A DNA stretch of 64,000 bases from Utricularia gibba (Eukaryota; Plantae; Magnoliophyta), in assembly GCA_002189035.1 (NCBI GenBank), contig CM007992.1, positions 2,294,001-2,358,000 of the forward strand, written 5' to 3'. This document shows positions 49,128 to 62,736 of the stretch, one piece after another. The notes beneath the pieces were generated by a model, which was given only the letters and a program-made list of their open reading frames with translations, was not told the origin of the DNA and ran no database searches. Position numbers and translations under genes: made by a program. The first letter of the stretch is position 1. The number at the start of each line of letters is the position of its first letter.

Positions 49128-52100
49128 TAAAGGTGGCCACGAGTCTGACTCGTACGTGTTTGAGTCGAGTCAGACGAGTCTGACTTCGACGAGTTTGAGT
49201 CAAGTCAGACGAGTCAAAGTCGAGCCAATTGACTTGATGAGTCCAACCCATCACGAGTTGAATCACCTTGACTCAACTCGTGTACGAGTCAGCAAGCAAT
49301 AATTCCACAAGTATGCAATGAAAAATTATTTATTACCATAGATCATGAAATTCATGATATCATAATTAGAATAGACATCAATAAAAATGTATATTTAACT
49401 AAACATAACTATACTAGTGGTATAATACGCAAGAAGATAGAAGAAAAATGTGTTACCTACGCTTTCCTCAATAGTTTCACAAACATGCAATTCAAAAATA
49501 ATGAACCTTACTACAAAAGATAAAAAATAATGTTAAAAAAAACATCTACTCTATAGAAACATAATCGACATCAAATGGAAAACAAAGGATTTTGAGTAGT
49601 TGCGAGTTAACTAATTTCACCAATCAATTCAAAAAAATATGAACACAAAAAATCAAAACTTTCAAATTTTCCCTCTTCCTTTATCCAAGTTTGGGACTAG
49701 AAGAAATTATCACCGATAGAGTTAAACAATTTTGTTAAGGAAAACAAAGAAAGAAAAACACCACAATATATATTAATTAATAACTTCTACCTATTTATCC
49801 ACTTCTTCATTATCCTCATCATTTGTTGTCAAGTTTTGTAACTTTTGTTCAATTTGCAACCAATCCTTTAAGGATACACAAGCCTCCAAAGTTTTTGGTA
49901 CAAAACACGATCTTTTTACTGTAAGAACTCATCCACTAGCATTGAAAGCACTCTCAGAAGCAACCGTTGAAGTTGGAGGTGTGAGAATATCCTTGGAAAC
50001 CTATGACAAAATCGGATAATGAAAGGACTGATTTTTCTACCAATCAAGTACATCAAAATTTATCCCCCTTGTTGTCATGTAGTTGATGCATTTCATTATA
50101 CAATGCAATCCGACTGGCTCTTGTTCTCATGCTAGAAGAAGCATAAACTTGCACCATAGACTAGTAATCATTTGTGGTTGAAACCACAACATTGTCATTC
50201 TTAACCTTTGATTGACCAAATTTCACAACATCTCCATTAAGATCATAAAACTCATATAAGTGATATAAAGTTGAAAGAGCAGTTTCATGCATATTTTTAG
50301 CACTCAAATTCACACCAACCATGTTAAGAGAATTATAAAAGGGGAAAAATACATTTTGATGCTAACGTTTCAAAGATTGCTTATAATTAGATGCACACGT
50401 TTTCGAAAATAGTTTTGTGATACAAATGTTTCTGTTTTTATTCAAATTCAGTACAAACGTTTCAAAATATATCATTTTGGTACAAACGTTAAATATTATA
50501 TTATTTTTCAAATATCAACATTTTTTAAAACATTGTTTAAATACATACGTTATTTAAAAAAGTTAAAAAACAATACAAACGTTTTTTCACACATACTTTT
50601 TGATACCAAAGTTAAATCAATACGATTCTACATCTGTACAATAAATTTATGATTCAAATAAGAATGATATAAGAAGATGAATCTAAAATTACTATCAATA
50701 AAACTCAGAATCTGAGAACACCGACTCAGAGTCAAGAGGGTGATGAGCTACTAAACAAGGAAGATCGTGATGGGTCAAGAGGGCGACGGGTCAACAATAA
50801 GGGTGGCTTGTGGTAGATCGTGATGGCTAACAAAAATCAGAGGATTTCATCATGGTGGCTAACAATAATTGTAACCCTAATTACATTGCATTTCTCAATT
50901 TGGGAATGAGCCATCTAAATATATGTACTGAAATAAAAGCCTATTAATAAATGTTTGTTCTCATAATGCAGGTGTTAAAAGGTATGTTTTTATTTAAAAG
51001 ATTAAATTATAAACGTACGTACCAAAATTTTTTTTCAAAAAATGTTGGTATTGAAGATATATTATTTTTCAAAACATTAGTTTCAAAATAAAAATTTTGA
51101 AAACATTCGTATGTAAAATCTATAAAATTAGATAATGTATGTATCAAAAATCACATTATACAAACGTTAGTATAGAATTATATGTTTTTTGTAAAACATT
51201 TGTATTGAAACAAAACGTAGCCCAATTATAAAATGCACAATAAACATTCGAACCAGCAAGTAAACCTAATCCTTTAACTCGAGGATCAATCATGTTCTCT
51301 ACTAGCAACAATGAAGGAATAGGATCATAATATTTCAAAAATTTTGGAATCATTTTTTGAATAATACAATCAAAAAAATCATCATTATAATATTCTTCAA
51401 ATAACAAAGTAATACTAATCAAAGCTGGGAGTACCAAGTGAATAGTAGGATAATGCACACCACTAAATAACAATGTATAATGATTGAAAATAGAAAGGAA
51501 ATCAACAAAAACCTCAAATTTATCAAAATCAGCATCAACTTTCAGTCTAAGTCATCATGCATAGCTATAAATGTTTCAATAACTTGTCTATATGGAAAAA
51601 AAATATCGAAGCATATCAAAAGTAGAATTCCATCTAATGGGTAAATCATGTTTTAAAGTTTTAAATGGAATATTATTAACTTCACACAAACGTTTAAAAG
51701 CTGTTTTTTTAACACTAGAAATTTTTAACACATTAACTAACTTGTGCACAGAACTAAGTAAAGTATTAATTTCAGGAATTTGCAAAGCATCTTGAACACA
51801 AATTTAGAATGTGACATGCACATGTAAAATGAAATAAAGCACCAACCAACATAGGATTTGTGGAAGTTTTCGGACATTTGATAGCACTCCAACTATTAGA
51901 TGCATTATCAAGAGTAATAGAGAAAATACGATCAAGTATAGCATATTCATGACATATATCAGTAATTAAAACAACAATACGTGCACCAATATGAGGATGA
52001 TCGCAAGGTCAAAACCCAAGGATTCTCTTCTCAATGACCCAATCAGAATTAATCCCAACTATCAATTGTCAAACAAAACTTGCATTTAATTGATTGAGAT

Positions 52101-52450
52101 AGAGAAATCAAAAGTGCTTTTCGCTCATGGAATTATTCTAAACAAATTCTAACAACCTTTCTTCTAGAAAAAGGAACAAATTGAGGCTGCATTCTATTTG
52201 TAAAAAAATTCATAATAAATGGATTATCAACTTCTGAAAAAGGTTTTTCACAAGCAATTAAAGCAAGTACATAATCAACTTGAGCCATATTTAAGTCAAA
52301 TGTAAATTTGGAACTAATACAACCATCAACAACATGCAATTTTAATTGTCTATGATTTGAAGTATCTCGATCAGAATGTTTGTTCTTAATATGACGTAAA
52401 AAATTGAAAGCAACACCACTTTTACCATGCTAATACGAAATTGAACAATA
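49128..52450 (-). mobile_element. hAT (Ac/SLEEPER-like) element, decayed transposase, one terminus
   Basis: Terminus taaaggtggccac at 49128 with gagtc subterminal repeats. Minus-strand relics EKPFSEVD, LKHDLPIRWNSTFDML, MIDPRVK and STVASESAF...LEACVSLKDW. Confidence 0.8.
50341..51223. mobile_element. Non-autonomous foldback MULE (883 bp) inserted in the hAT transposase
   Basis: TSD AATTATAAAA (50331-50340 and 51224-51233) and GGG...CCC termini. Inverted arrays of acaaacgttt-like units at both ends. The transposase frame (AFYN|SLNMV) rejoins when the insert is removed. Confidence 0.85.
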
Positions 52451-52457
52451 CTTATAG

Positions 52458-53634
52458 TGATAAACGAAAAATTTTGCAATGTCATTAAATGCAAATCTTC
52501 TTATCAAATAAATTTATAACCTAATATACCTTCAAGCATAAAACAATTATGAGCATAGTGATTAGGGTCGAACACGAAGAGCAGGTGCTTGTGAAGTGAT
52601 GAGTTAAAGCATGAAACTAGTGTCACGTTGGTAAAATTTGGCCTTAGTTAGGAATAAGACAGAACTACGATGGAATGCAGTAAAGAAAACTAACAAGTTT
52701 TGGGATTCGGTAGAGTCTGGAATGGAATGGGTGATGCCTTGGAACTCTTAGGGAATGTATGCCAATCACTAAGCAAGCTCACCTAAATCATAAATCATAC
52801 AACTAACTCACAAGATGTAGGTCTACCCGGATTCTTGTTTTTCCCCCTAATCTTTGGTCTACCTCTAGTTAGGGTTGTTAAGCTGGATTTTACTACTTCC
52901 CCCTCCTGGATCTATCTTGGTTTGTTAGGGAAGTGGTGTGATTTATGGTTGATTAGGTCTAAGGATGGATTAGCATGATTCTCCCATTTTTACCATAAGG
53001 CACTTCCATAAATGCTTAGCCACTCATGATAAGGTAAAGGAAAACGTTTTCATAGCATATCCTAAGCAACATCCTTGCTTTAAAGCTAAACAAGAACAGG
53101 CAATATATAGTAGAAGTGGAAAAGACAATTTGTTCGCTCAGGAAATCCAAATCTAGTCTTAGCTAGGAATAGTAAACATGAAGAACGAAAATAAATTCTC
53201 AAAGAGAAGTTGTGTTCTTCTAGTTCGTCGTTCCTCTCCTTCTTCTTCCTCCAGAAAAATCTCCAGAAACTTATCGTGAGTCTCCAATGAGAGATCCACC
53301 TCCTCTCTCCAACTTTTCCTCTTTTTGTCTGAAATCTCCTTTTTTTTCCTCCTCGTATTTTGTGTGTACCACTTTTCAGGCTTGTGGACTCATCTTCTGT
53401 CACTACACTGTGCATATTCGACTTATTGGGATTTGTGTTGCGACCTGTACTGCATTGCTAAAAGAAGATTATGAGTTGTTTGGGACTAAATCGTAATTTA
53501 ATCCCAACTAAGACTAAAATAACATAAATACGGTAGTTTGTGCAAAAATATAGAACTTGACAGTAAAATCTGATTTTTGTAGCACAATATGAGTAATTTT
53601 CATACATTCAATCACTCAAAAATATGTGTTATCA
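52458..53634 (-). mobile_element. Athila-like LTR (1177 bp) with adjacent 3' internal non-coding sequence to ~54000
   Basis: TGATAA...TTATCA termini and clear homology with 59801-60969. The motif cttgaggacaag lies just upstream in element orientation, as in Athila 3' regions. Flanks tatag/tatta are not a TSD. Confidence 0.8.
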
Positions 53635-54039
53635 TATTATGCTACAACGACATTAGACTTGTCCTCAAGTCCTAACTAAGACTAAAAGGAGCTAGCAATT
53701 GAGGTATATAGGACAAAATATTTAGATTTCTAAGGAATCGAATCGGGAATATCCTAAGTTGAATATTAACACAAAATTTGAGTCTTGTATAGATATGAAT
53801 TTAATTTATTGATTTTAATATAGTTTGGAAAAAAAATCACTCTCTCCATATATTGATTACTAATTTAGGTTTAGATTTTCAATTCCCAACAAATGGTATT
53901 ACTTAAATTGCTGCCAAATAAATCTAATATTTAGTTCAATTCCTAAAAAATAATCCTACCTGTTTACTGTCTTTAAAATCAGTTGGTTATAAGAAAGTTC
54001 ATAATGTTTTTATATATTTAAAAACATTTCAGACAAATT

Positions 54040-54920
54040 AATTCAAAGATAAACTTGAGAATGATGGGATTGATGAAAGTGATTGAATCGAAATAACCTC
54101 ATAAAAAAAGATTTATAGTGAATGAAACAATGCAAATCAAATGGAGAGTTTGGAAAAATTTATGGCAATTGAAACATGAAAAGACTCTTGACCTGATATG
54201 CACAATTGCAACTTGGCAGTATTGCCTCTTCATGATACATCATAATTGTTACATGTCTCTCGAACAACCACCCACCTATTTTTTCAAGAACACTCTTTTC
54301 CCAACTATAAAGCTTTTCTTTTACTTCTTTAAATTTTCACGCTTCAAGATTAATATCTTTGTGTATTTTGTTATTGCAGATGAATGGTGAAAAATATTCG
54401 GACAAAGTGCTCCAAAATTGCAAAGGTTGCTATTCGAATTTTTGGCCACAGAAACTCTACTACAGGTTGTGAAAGAAATTGGAGCTATTTTGATCAAGTG
54501 CATGCTAAAAGAAGGAATATGTTGGAGTACACAAGATTAAATGATTTAGTTTTCATTCATTACAATCTTAAACTTAAAGAAACATGTGTCTCTGCATTAT
54601 ACTATAAGATAACTTATGAAAAAAAAGATTGTGATCGCATTAATATTGACATGTTTGATGAAACAAGTTGTTGGATTACCGATGAAAAAATGATTTATGA
54701 CGATTTGGATATGAAATTCAAGCTCAACGATATTCAAGTGTTAAATCATATTTAAAAGGTATCGTGATATATGATAGTGTGCTTAAAATGTAAGTGTGTT
54801 ATAGAATTAAATGTTGTTTGTTATTCGCAAGATTTAGAGGATGATGATGGTGCGTCTCTTTCAACATTTGATGCCCATGATGATATGAATGACAACGATA
54901 ATGATGCTTTTATATTATGA
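54040..54920 (+). mobile_element. hAT (Tag1/Tip100, DUF659 type) transposase C-terminal relic
   Basis: KVAIRIFGHRNSTTGCERNWSYFDQVHAKRRNMLEYTRLNDLVFIHYNLKL matches the hAT dimerization domain with the GCERNWS motif. Confidence 0.85.
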
Positions 54921-55716
54921 TTCTTTCTTGAAGTTTGAACTCAAAGGAGCATTTTCATAAATCCTCCAAATCAACATTCACTAGAATTTGTTTTATCATT
55001 AGCCACAAGCTAAGCCCTTTTTTGCCATTGAAAAAAAAGCTGTCATTTTATTTTTGAAAACTATAATTTATGTTATAATTTTTCACATGATTTTAATTGA
55101 ACCGCTTCAAGCAGATCCAATCACTTGATGTGTAAACCATGGTCCCTTCAATGCAGATAACTCTGCCCTTGACCATTTGGGTAGTACCCAACTGACCACC
55201 GATCACATGCTCCGTGAGATTAATGTTGATGCGTCGCTTCACAATAAATACTCAAGAACAGTCATTTAAACACGGTTTGCCCTAAAGAAGAAAGACATGT
55301 GTCACAAACTCCACATGCTTTTCCAATTTTAGTATTTATGAAAATGACGTGAAGTGTGAAACGCGCTTCATTAATTCAAAAAAGTATAAAACTATACTAT
55401 ACAATTTTAGATTATTCGCTACCTTCGTTCATAATAATAAGTTTTCGTTTTCAACGTGAAAGAATTATTCTTATCATAAAGCTTGAGCAAGTAACGGGAA
55501 ATACTTTAAATGTTGTAGTAACAACAAAAAAAAAAACAAAAAAAAACCACATGATTTTAAAACCTAAAAGTATTTTAAAACTTCCCAGGACTAGATAAAT
55601 GTGTTACCTAGTTATAGATACACACTTAGGTATTGAAAAAAAATGGGCAATCATGATTGCTAATCATGTTAAACCAAGCAAATTTATGAATGGCTAAACT
55701 TGACAAGACTTTGATG

Positions 55717-58660
55717 GTATAGTCTGTGTGACTTTTTCGTAACTTCTACTTAAATCATAAGTAGGAGTTATTAGATAATTAAATGACAAATAAGTAGTAG
55801 TAGTTTGTAGTGTACTGTTTAAACAATAAATAGTTGAAAGTAGACTATAAATAAGTATAATTAGATAACAAATTATGTTTATACACTTATTTGTTCATAT
55901 CAAATACCATATGTTTTTTATATTAAAGATAATGTATTGAAATGAGAAACATAACTTGCAAGAGTTCGTTACATTACGTTCTTCTTCTGTTATAAGCTGC
56001 CCATAACTCATCCACAATAGATTCTCATAGAATATCAATGAGTTGGTCCATACTCTCATCATCATTTTCTTCTTCAAGATCAACATCCTCTTCACCACAC
56101 TCTTCGTCTTGGAAGTTCGACAATTGAGAGCCATCATCATTTGTGTTAACATGATACAACCAATTATGAATGACCATTATGGCTCCAACCATTCTGCTTA
56201 AATTTCATATTTGTTGCTACATCATTTACCATATGAAACATTTTCTTCCAAACACCAAAACACCTTTCAATAACACATTGAAGACTAGAATGTCGATGGT
56301 TAAATCATTCGTGCTTATTCTTGTAACCTCATTGAGTACGTTAACGAAAGTCTAGTAGATGATACCTCTCACGTCAATATGGTGTCATAAAGCTTGTTGT
56401 AATCTCAAAAACTGCACCGACAACATAATACTAACTTGTAGGAATAGTTGGAAAGTTGAGGCTTGGCTTGCTCAGGCAGTTTCGTAGAATTCTACTACCA
56501 TAGCTTATACCTTTATAATCAGCCATAATATACGTGAATCGCATATCAAAGTCACAAATAGCCAAAATATTTTGAGTAGGGCATCCTTTTACATCTAATG
56601 AAACACACCATCTCATTTTGGGGAACATAAGCCTTAATATGGCTACCATTTATAGTGCCGATGCAGTTCCTAAAATATGAATATTTAGAGCTATTCATGA
56701 AACATGATGAACTTGGTGTTGTCATACTTTGGGGTAATCAAATCCTTTGCCATCCTATTGCACGCCTTAAGCACATTGTGAAATGCAGTATGAATGATGT
56801 CTCTTCCCAGAACAAAGCACTCTTGTAAACTAGAATAACCTTCTCTTTTGCCCATTGTATGTAAAAAGATATTGACTTCATGATAGGGACATATGTGTGC
56901 CTCTAAGACATACTCATTGACGAGCAACTCACAAAATCTTAGGAAGATTTTGTGAGTATACACAACTCAAAGTATGCTTCTATTATGTCCATGAAGCATT
57001 GATAATAGCAAAACCTATCCACATGTGGCTCAATCGTAAATTGGTTGCTTAACCAAATATTGTTCATAATAATCTTGAAGAAGTTTCATTTGACACATTT
57101 GTTTTGCAATGAATTTAGCCCTTTGACATCTGCTGCTCCCTCTTCATCGTCTGAAAAATCATCATATGGAGGATTGGAGGTAGATGCCATACCATGAAGA
57201 TTTAGGTTTAGGTAGAATTTTGAACCACAACCTTAGTATTTATAAATTCACAATTTGTATTTTCTCGAATCTCGAGGTTCAATCTGAAAAATCTTGAGGT
57301 GAAAAAACAAGCTCTCAATGTTTGTGTTTTCTCAAATTTTGAGGTTCAATCTGACAAATCCTGAGGCGAAAAAACAATCTCCCAATGTTTGTGTTTTCTC
57401 GAATCTTAAAATTCAATCTGAAAAATCTGAAGGTTAAAATACAAGCTCTCAATGTTCATATAGATTTTTCAAAATGCATGAAGATTAATGCAAAACAAAC
57501 CACACGAAAATAAAACACTAAGTATTATAGTTCAATATCCTAATGAAAAACAAGAAAGACAATGTTCAATTCAAAATACAATACATATCTAGAGAAACTT
57601 TGATGGAGAAATAGTGTCAGACCTTGTTCTGGAGACACCATTAAATTTCGAGCTAAAACCAACATGTTCTTCGGCCTCTTGTTTGATGAACTTGCACTAA
57701 TTTTCGGGTTTGGTCAAGGACATAAAAACCTCTTGGATGTGTCTATATTTGAATAATTTTAGGGCATTCATGTAGGTTTATTACCATTTTGAATGGTAGT
57801 GGTGTGGTTAAGGAGCTAAACACACTTGTCAATCGAAAATCTCAAAGCTTCTATTCTCTCTATTCCAATGTTCAGAGAAGCAGCAGTCATTACCTCTGAT
57901 GACTCTGCAATTCAATAACTATTGCTCCCTTTTGAAGCTCTTTTCCTTTTTGGATTCATCACCCGACGACTACTCTGAACCGGAGTTGTCTCCTTAGAAT
58001 ATAGAGCTCTTATCTCAGGTGGTGTGTGCATTGTTTCAAATAGCTGAGAAAATTCATCTGCATCAAATGTATCTTCAGGTGAAAGTAGATGATTCATTGT
58101 CAAATAGATGAATATCTGTAGTTGATGCAAATTGCTTTACAGCATAATGTATAATTGGATCAAGTATTTGAGCTAATAACACTTGATGTGGAGGTTTTTT
58201 ATCTTCAAACTTTTTGAAAGTTCGATTTTTTTGAAAGGAAACACAAAGACCAGTTTCATATTGATAGAATAAAAATAACATATGTTCATAAAAGTTCATT
58301 TCAAGTAAAGAAAACTTATATAAGTACGATCAACCCACCATTGTTGATCCATATTTATAGTCCTATTTAGATGAAATCTCATACCACACTTATCAGCCAA
58401 TTTTTTTCAAAGTGTCTATTTGGTGCGAAGCTCATTGTGGTAATTCTTGACGCACTCTATGTCATAGTCGGTTTGACATTTTTGGTTGATAGCGTTCTTT
58501 ATGTTCTCCCAATCAATAGGTCTAAAAGTTGTTAGTCGGTTACGTTTCTCAATCTCATTAATCATTCCTTCCAACATAACATAAGTTCTATTAATATCCC
58601 ACTTGGCTCCTATATGCTTTCTCTTAATTGGAACTTTGCCCTTGTTATTTTTCATATGTG
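55717..58660 (-). mobile_element. PIF/Harbinger relic: transposase (~55890-57200) and Myb/SANT ORF1 (~57900-58655) in tandem
   Basis: TQNILAICDFDMRFTYIMADYKG..GSRIL; AKWDINRTYVMLEGMINEIEKRNRLTTFRPIDWENI...VKNYHNELR. The candidate left terminus ggtatagtctgtgtgactt resembles the terminus at 38444. Confidence 0.8.
57255..57455. repeat. ~66-bp tandem repeat (3 units)
   Basis: Three tgt(g/a)ttttctc(g/a)aat...ttcaatctga(a/c)aaatc...ctc(t/c)caatg units. Confidence 0.85.
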
Positions 58661-59759
58661 AAAGAAAGCATCATCAAAATTGAATAGAATTAATCTAGTT
58701 TTGCAAAATAACACGAATGCAACTTAAATTGGTATGAATCTAAGGATGTAGTCTTCAGCTTAAAATGCTAATTAATTACCTTACTTGAACACATTCGCAT
58801 CAGAAAATCATAGCATGTGATACAAAAAAGTGTGACAACATATATAACTCAATAACATAGATGCAAAAAATGGATATTGCATTGTGAACAATCAAGACAA
58901 ATTCAATGACGATCCAAAGGGTCAACAACATCGAAAAGCTAGATTTCCTGCAAAAGTCAATCAGAACAAGACTGATAATATAACAAAGTATATTGAGACT
59001 TGAAAGCAAACAATAACATAAATGAAAACACATAATTTCCACATGACAGTTTGGTACTCCCATATCATCCTTGGAATAGAGGAAGGTTGAGTAGCACTAT
59101 TATGCCAATTGCCAAAAACAAAAGGTGACTTCCCTTCCTTCCATACTGCCTTCTCAATCTTTAGCCCTAGTCGGCTGTGCTGGAAAGGAGGTTCCGTCCT
59201 TCATGAGACAATGCAAGAGGGTCACATTTACTATGAATTACAATGTTGTGCTATCCTCTTAAAAGGGAAGGGATGAGAAAATTTTTCATAAGTCACTGCT
59301 TGTGAAAATAAGTAGTATTTTGATGATTTATGAAATAAATCAACACATAAATAGATTTTTGTTTAAAATATATTAAGTAGTTAACAAGTAAAAGTTAAAG
59401 TAGAAATTGAAGTAGTCTGTAAAACAAATTTTTTAACTTTCAGTTTATGTTATAATTAAAGAAATAGGTAATGCATACTACACTATGAATGAACTTTATG
59501 CTGCTAATCATATGTAAAACAAATTTTTTAACTTAAATTGCTTATGTATTTGATTTCTAGATAATGCATCAAATGAACTAAAGTTGATCATGATCAATTT
59601 TTTATTGTAATTTTATAAATATATCAGAGAAAATTTGCACGAGCACTTGGCCAATATTAAATAAGTTTGCACATTATTAAAACTATTAATATAATAGAAG
59701 ATGCTTTTATGTAAGAGCATTTCAATTTATTTTGAAAAGGGTGGTAAAAACATCGTTTA

Positions 59760-61500
59760 ATTTCTTGAAGTCAAGAACATCACTGCTTGGGCTTGTAAGC
59801 TGATAAACGAAAAATTTGTGCAAGTCATTAATTTTCAAATTTCTCCTATCAAATAAAATTTATAAACCTAATTCACATCAAATCATATGAAAAATATGAG
59901 CATAGTGGATTAGGATCGAACACAAGGAGCTAGGTGCTTGCTATGTGAAGGTCAATACAAGGAATCAGTATCATGTTGGTAGAATTGGTCTTAACTAGGA
60001 CTAAGGATGGAATGCAGTAAAGAAAAGTAACAAGCTTGGGACTCGATGGTTTCTAATATGAAATGGGTGATGCCTTGGCACTCCTAGGGGATGTATGCTT
60101 GTTACTAAGTATGCTCACATAACCCATAAATCAATCACTTAACACACAAAGTCTGGGTCTACCCGCACTTATGTTTCCCCCTTAATCTTTGGTCTAACTC
60201 TAATAAGGGTTGTTAAGATGGGTTTCACTACTTCCCCCTCCTGGATCTATCCTGGATTGTTAAGGAAGTGGCGTGACTTATGCTTGATTAGGTCTAAAGA
60301 TTGACTTGCACAAGGCTCCCCTTTTCACCCCAAGGCACCCTCTAAGCACTTAGCCACTCATAACAAGAGAAAGGAGAACATTTTCATAATATATCCTAAG
60401 CAACATTCTGATCTCAAAGTTAAACAACAACAAGTAATGCATAACAGAAATAGAAAAGACAAATTGTTCACACAGTAAATCTAAAATTAGTCTTAGCTAG
60501 GAACAATATGCATCAACAATGAAAATAAATCCTCAAAGGGAAGCTGTGTTCTTCTGTTTCATCCCCCTTCCTTCTTCTACCCCCAGAAAATTTCTCCAAA
60601 AAACATGTCGTGAGTCTCCAATGGGGAGATCTTCCTTCTTTCTCCATCTTTTCCCTCTTTTTGTCCAAAATCTCCCTTTTTCTTCCTTGGATTTTGTGTG
60701 TACTTTTTTTCAAACTTTTGGACTCATCTTCTGTCACTACATTGTGCATATTTGGCTCCTTGGGATTTGTGTTGCAACCTGTACTGCATTGTTCAAAGAA
60801 AACTATTAGAAGGTTGGGATTAAATCGCAGATTTAGTTTCAACTAAGACTAAAATAACATAACTACGGTACTTTGCGCAAAAATATAGAACTGAGCAGTA
60901 AAATCTGATTTTTGTAGCACAATATGAGTAATTTTCATGCACTCCATCACTCAAAAATATGTGTTATCATAAGTATAAAGTACTCTTGAGTAAATATTTT
61001 CCAGCATCCAAAGTTGAAGTAAATAGGAAAGAGATTGGTTATATTAAACAATTTTACATGAAAGACCGCTTCATGAGTATTAGGAGCATTTCAATCAATT
61101 GGTGGGATCATGTCCTAATTATGGTTTTCAAATCAATGATCTTGTAAAGTATTCTTATGATGATTTGTTGTGCATTGATTGAGCTATGATAGACTCAGCA
61201 ACTGAAGGATTGTTGAGGAAGAAGGCACCCAATCAGGCTCTATCTTTACTTGACGAATTTACTGAATATTGTAGGTACATCATTATGAATCAAGATTCTA
61301 AAAAGAGAGGATACAAGGCTTTAGAGAATGAGTTGACAAAAAATTCTATTACAATGTCAGAAAAGCAGGAGATTTTCTAGTTCCAAGATAAGACCATACA
61401 ATGCAGGAACTATTGCAAAATTGACATGTTGCTAGAATTATTTGAAGAGGAGTATGTCAAGGATATGTTTGGAATCTCTACAGATAAAGAAATATGATCT
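59760..61500 (+). mobile_element. Gypsy (Athila-like) gag relic split by a solo LTR
   Basis: NITAW..|..LLSKYFPASKVEVNRKEIGYIKQ and MIDSATEGLLRKKAPNQALSLLDE match the retrotransposon gag pattern ITTW...FLxKFFPxSK. Confidence 0.7.
59801..60969 (-). mobile_element. Solo LTR (Athila-like), 1169 bp
   Basis: TGATAA...TTATCA termini. TSD TAAGC (59796-59800) / TAAGT (60970-60974). Homologous to 52458-53634. Confidence 0.85.
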
Positions 61501-61560
61501 TTATTTGAACATTTATAATTTAGGTTGGAGAGATAATCCAAATTTTTGTTAAAGCAACAA

Positions 61561-62107
61561 TGATAATCCCTACAAGGAAGGGACTTCAAGCATGAGACAC
61601 CAAAATTTTCGATAGTATCTGATGGGGTACAAATCAGTTGAAGGTAATCGGTTTCTGAAAAGGCTGCCGAAAGGAGCTCTGAGGGATGGCGCCAGCCAAC
61701 AGACCGATATGTGTCAGAGATCTAACAGTGGCGGCGGTATGGCGCAGTCTGCAAAGCATCTGAATCATAGCAAAACATGCGGCGATCATCTGAAAAGTAA
61801 GGTCACAGTACAAGTGCAAAAAGCAACCGATACCTACAGAATTGAGGATTCGGCCAAATCGACCTCTTCTATAAATAGGAGAAGTTCCGAAGGAAAAAGG
61901 GTTCGGCCCTAAACCTCCCAACCTGTACCTTCCTTCATCATCTCCGTCTAGTTAGGATTTTCTCTAGTGAGCTTTGATAGCTCTATGGTTTTTCAGTCCT
62001 TCGATGGTTTCCATGTAAAAATCTCTGCCTACCCTCATTTCTGTTGATCAAATCGAGCAAATCGCGTAAAACATAACAAGGTGCGATATTTTTGGCTGCA
62101 CCTATCA
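61561..62107 (+). mobile_element. Probable LTR (547 bp)
   Basis: TGATA...TATCA termini and an internal CTATAAATAG box followed by U5-like sequence. Flanks (aacaa/cccaa) do not give a convincing TSD. Confidence 0.5.
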
Positions 62108-62736
62108 CCCAAAAAATCCGCCCCATCTTGGACACCGATTTTCACCCTTAATAGTATCAAAGATCTTATAAAAAACTCAATAATTTCAAAAACAAAACTA
62201 GTCGAATTTCGAACAACAATTTTTGCATTCAAACAAGAATAATGCTGGAGTACATTCAGAAAATTTCTTTTAGGAAATCCTGAAGACTTTTATGGCACAA
62301 TCAATCAAGATCAAGAAAAAAATCAACTAGTGATCGAAAATTTGTAGAGTTGAAGTAGAAAAGAATTTACCATCTCAAATGAAGTTGAATACAAATTCTG
62401 GTGGAGTCTAAATATTAGCATCATGACATTGAAAGCATGAAAAACAAAAACTTGGTAGAGAATTAGTTCAAACTAAAAGTAAGACTAATAAAAGAGACGG
62501 ATATGAAGTTATGAAAAATGAGAATGAAATTGAGGTTCCTCCAGAACCAATTAATGTGAATGTGGCTCAACCTTCTTTTTTAGGAAGATTGAACTCGAGA
62601 GAGGAACAACATAAGAAAAAGAAAATGTAAGATATTGGGGAATACTCAATTGAAGCTTATGCTTTCGAAATATGCTGATTTGGTGCCAAAGAGTGTAAAA
62701 CACTTGAAGTTTCATATAAAAACTAAATTAAGAAAA

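Noticed and set aside
52458-60969. One intact 8.5-kb LTR retrotransposon
   Set aside because: Outer flanks (tatag/taagt) do not match, the right LTR has its own TSD, the LTRs are diverged, and no gag-pol lies between them.
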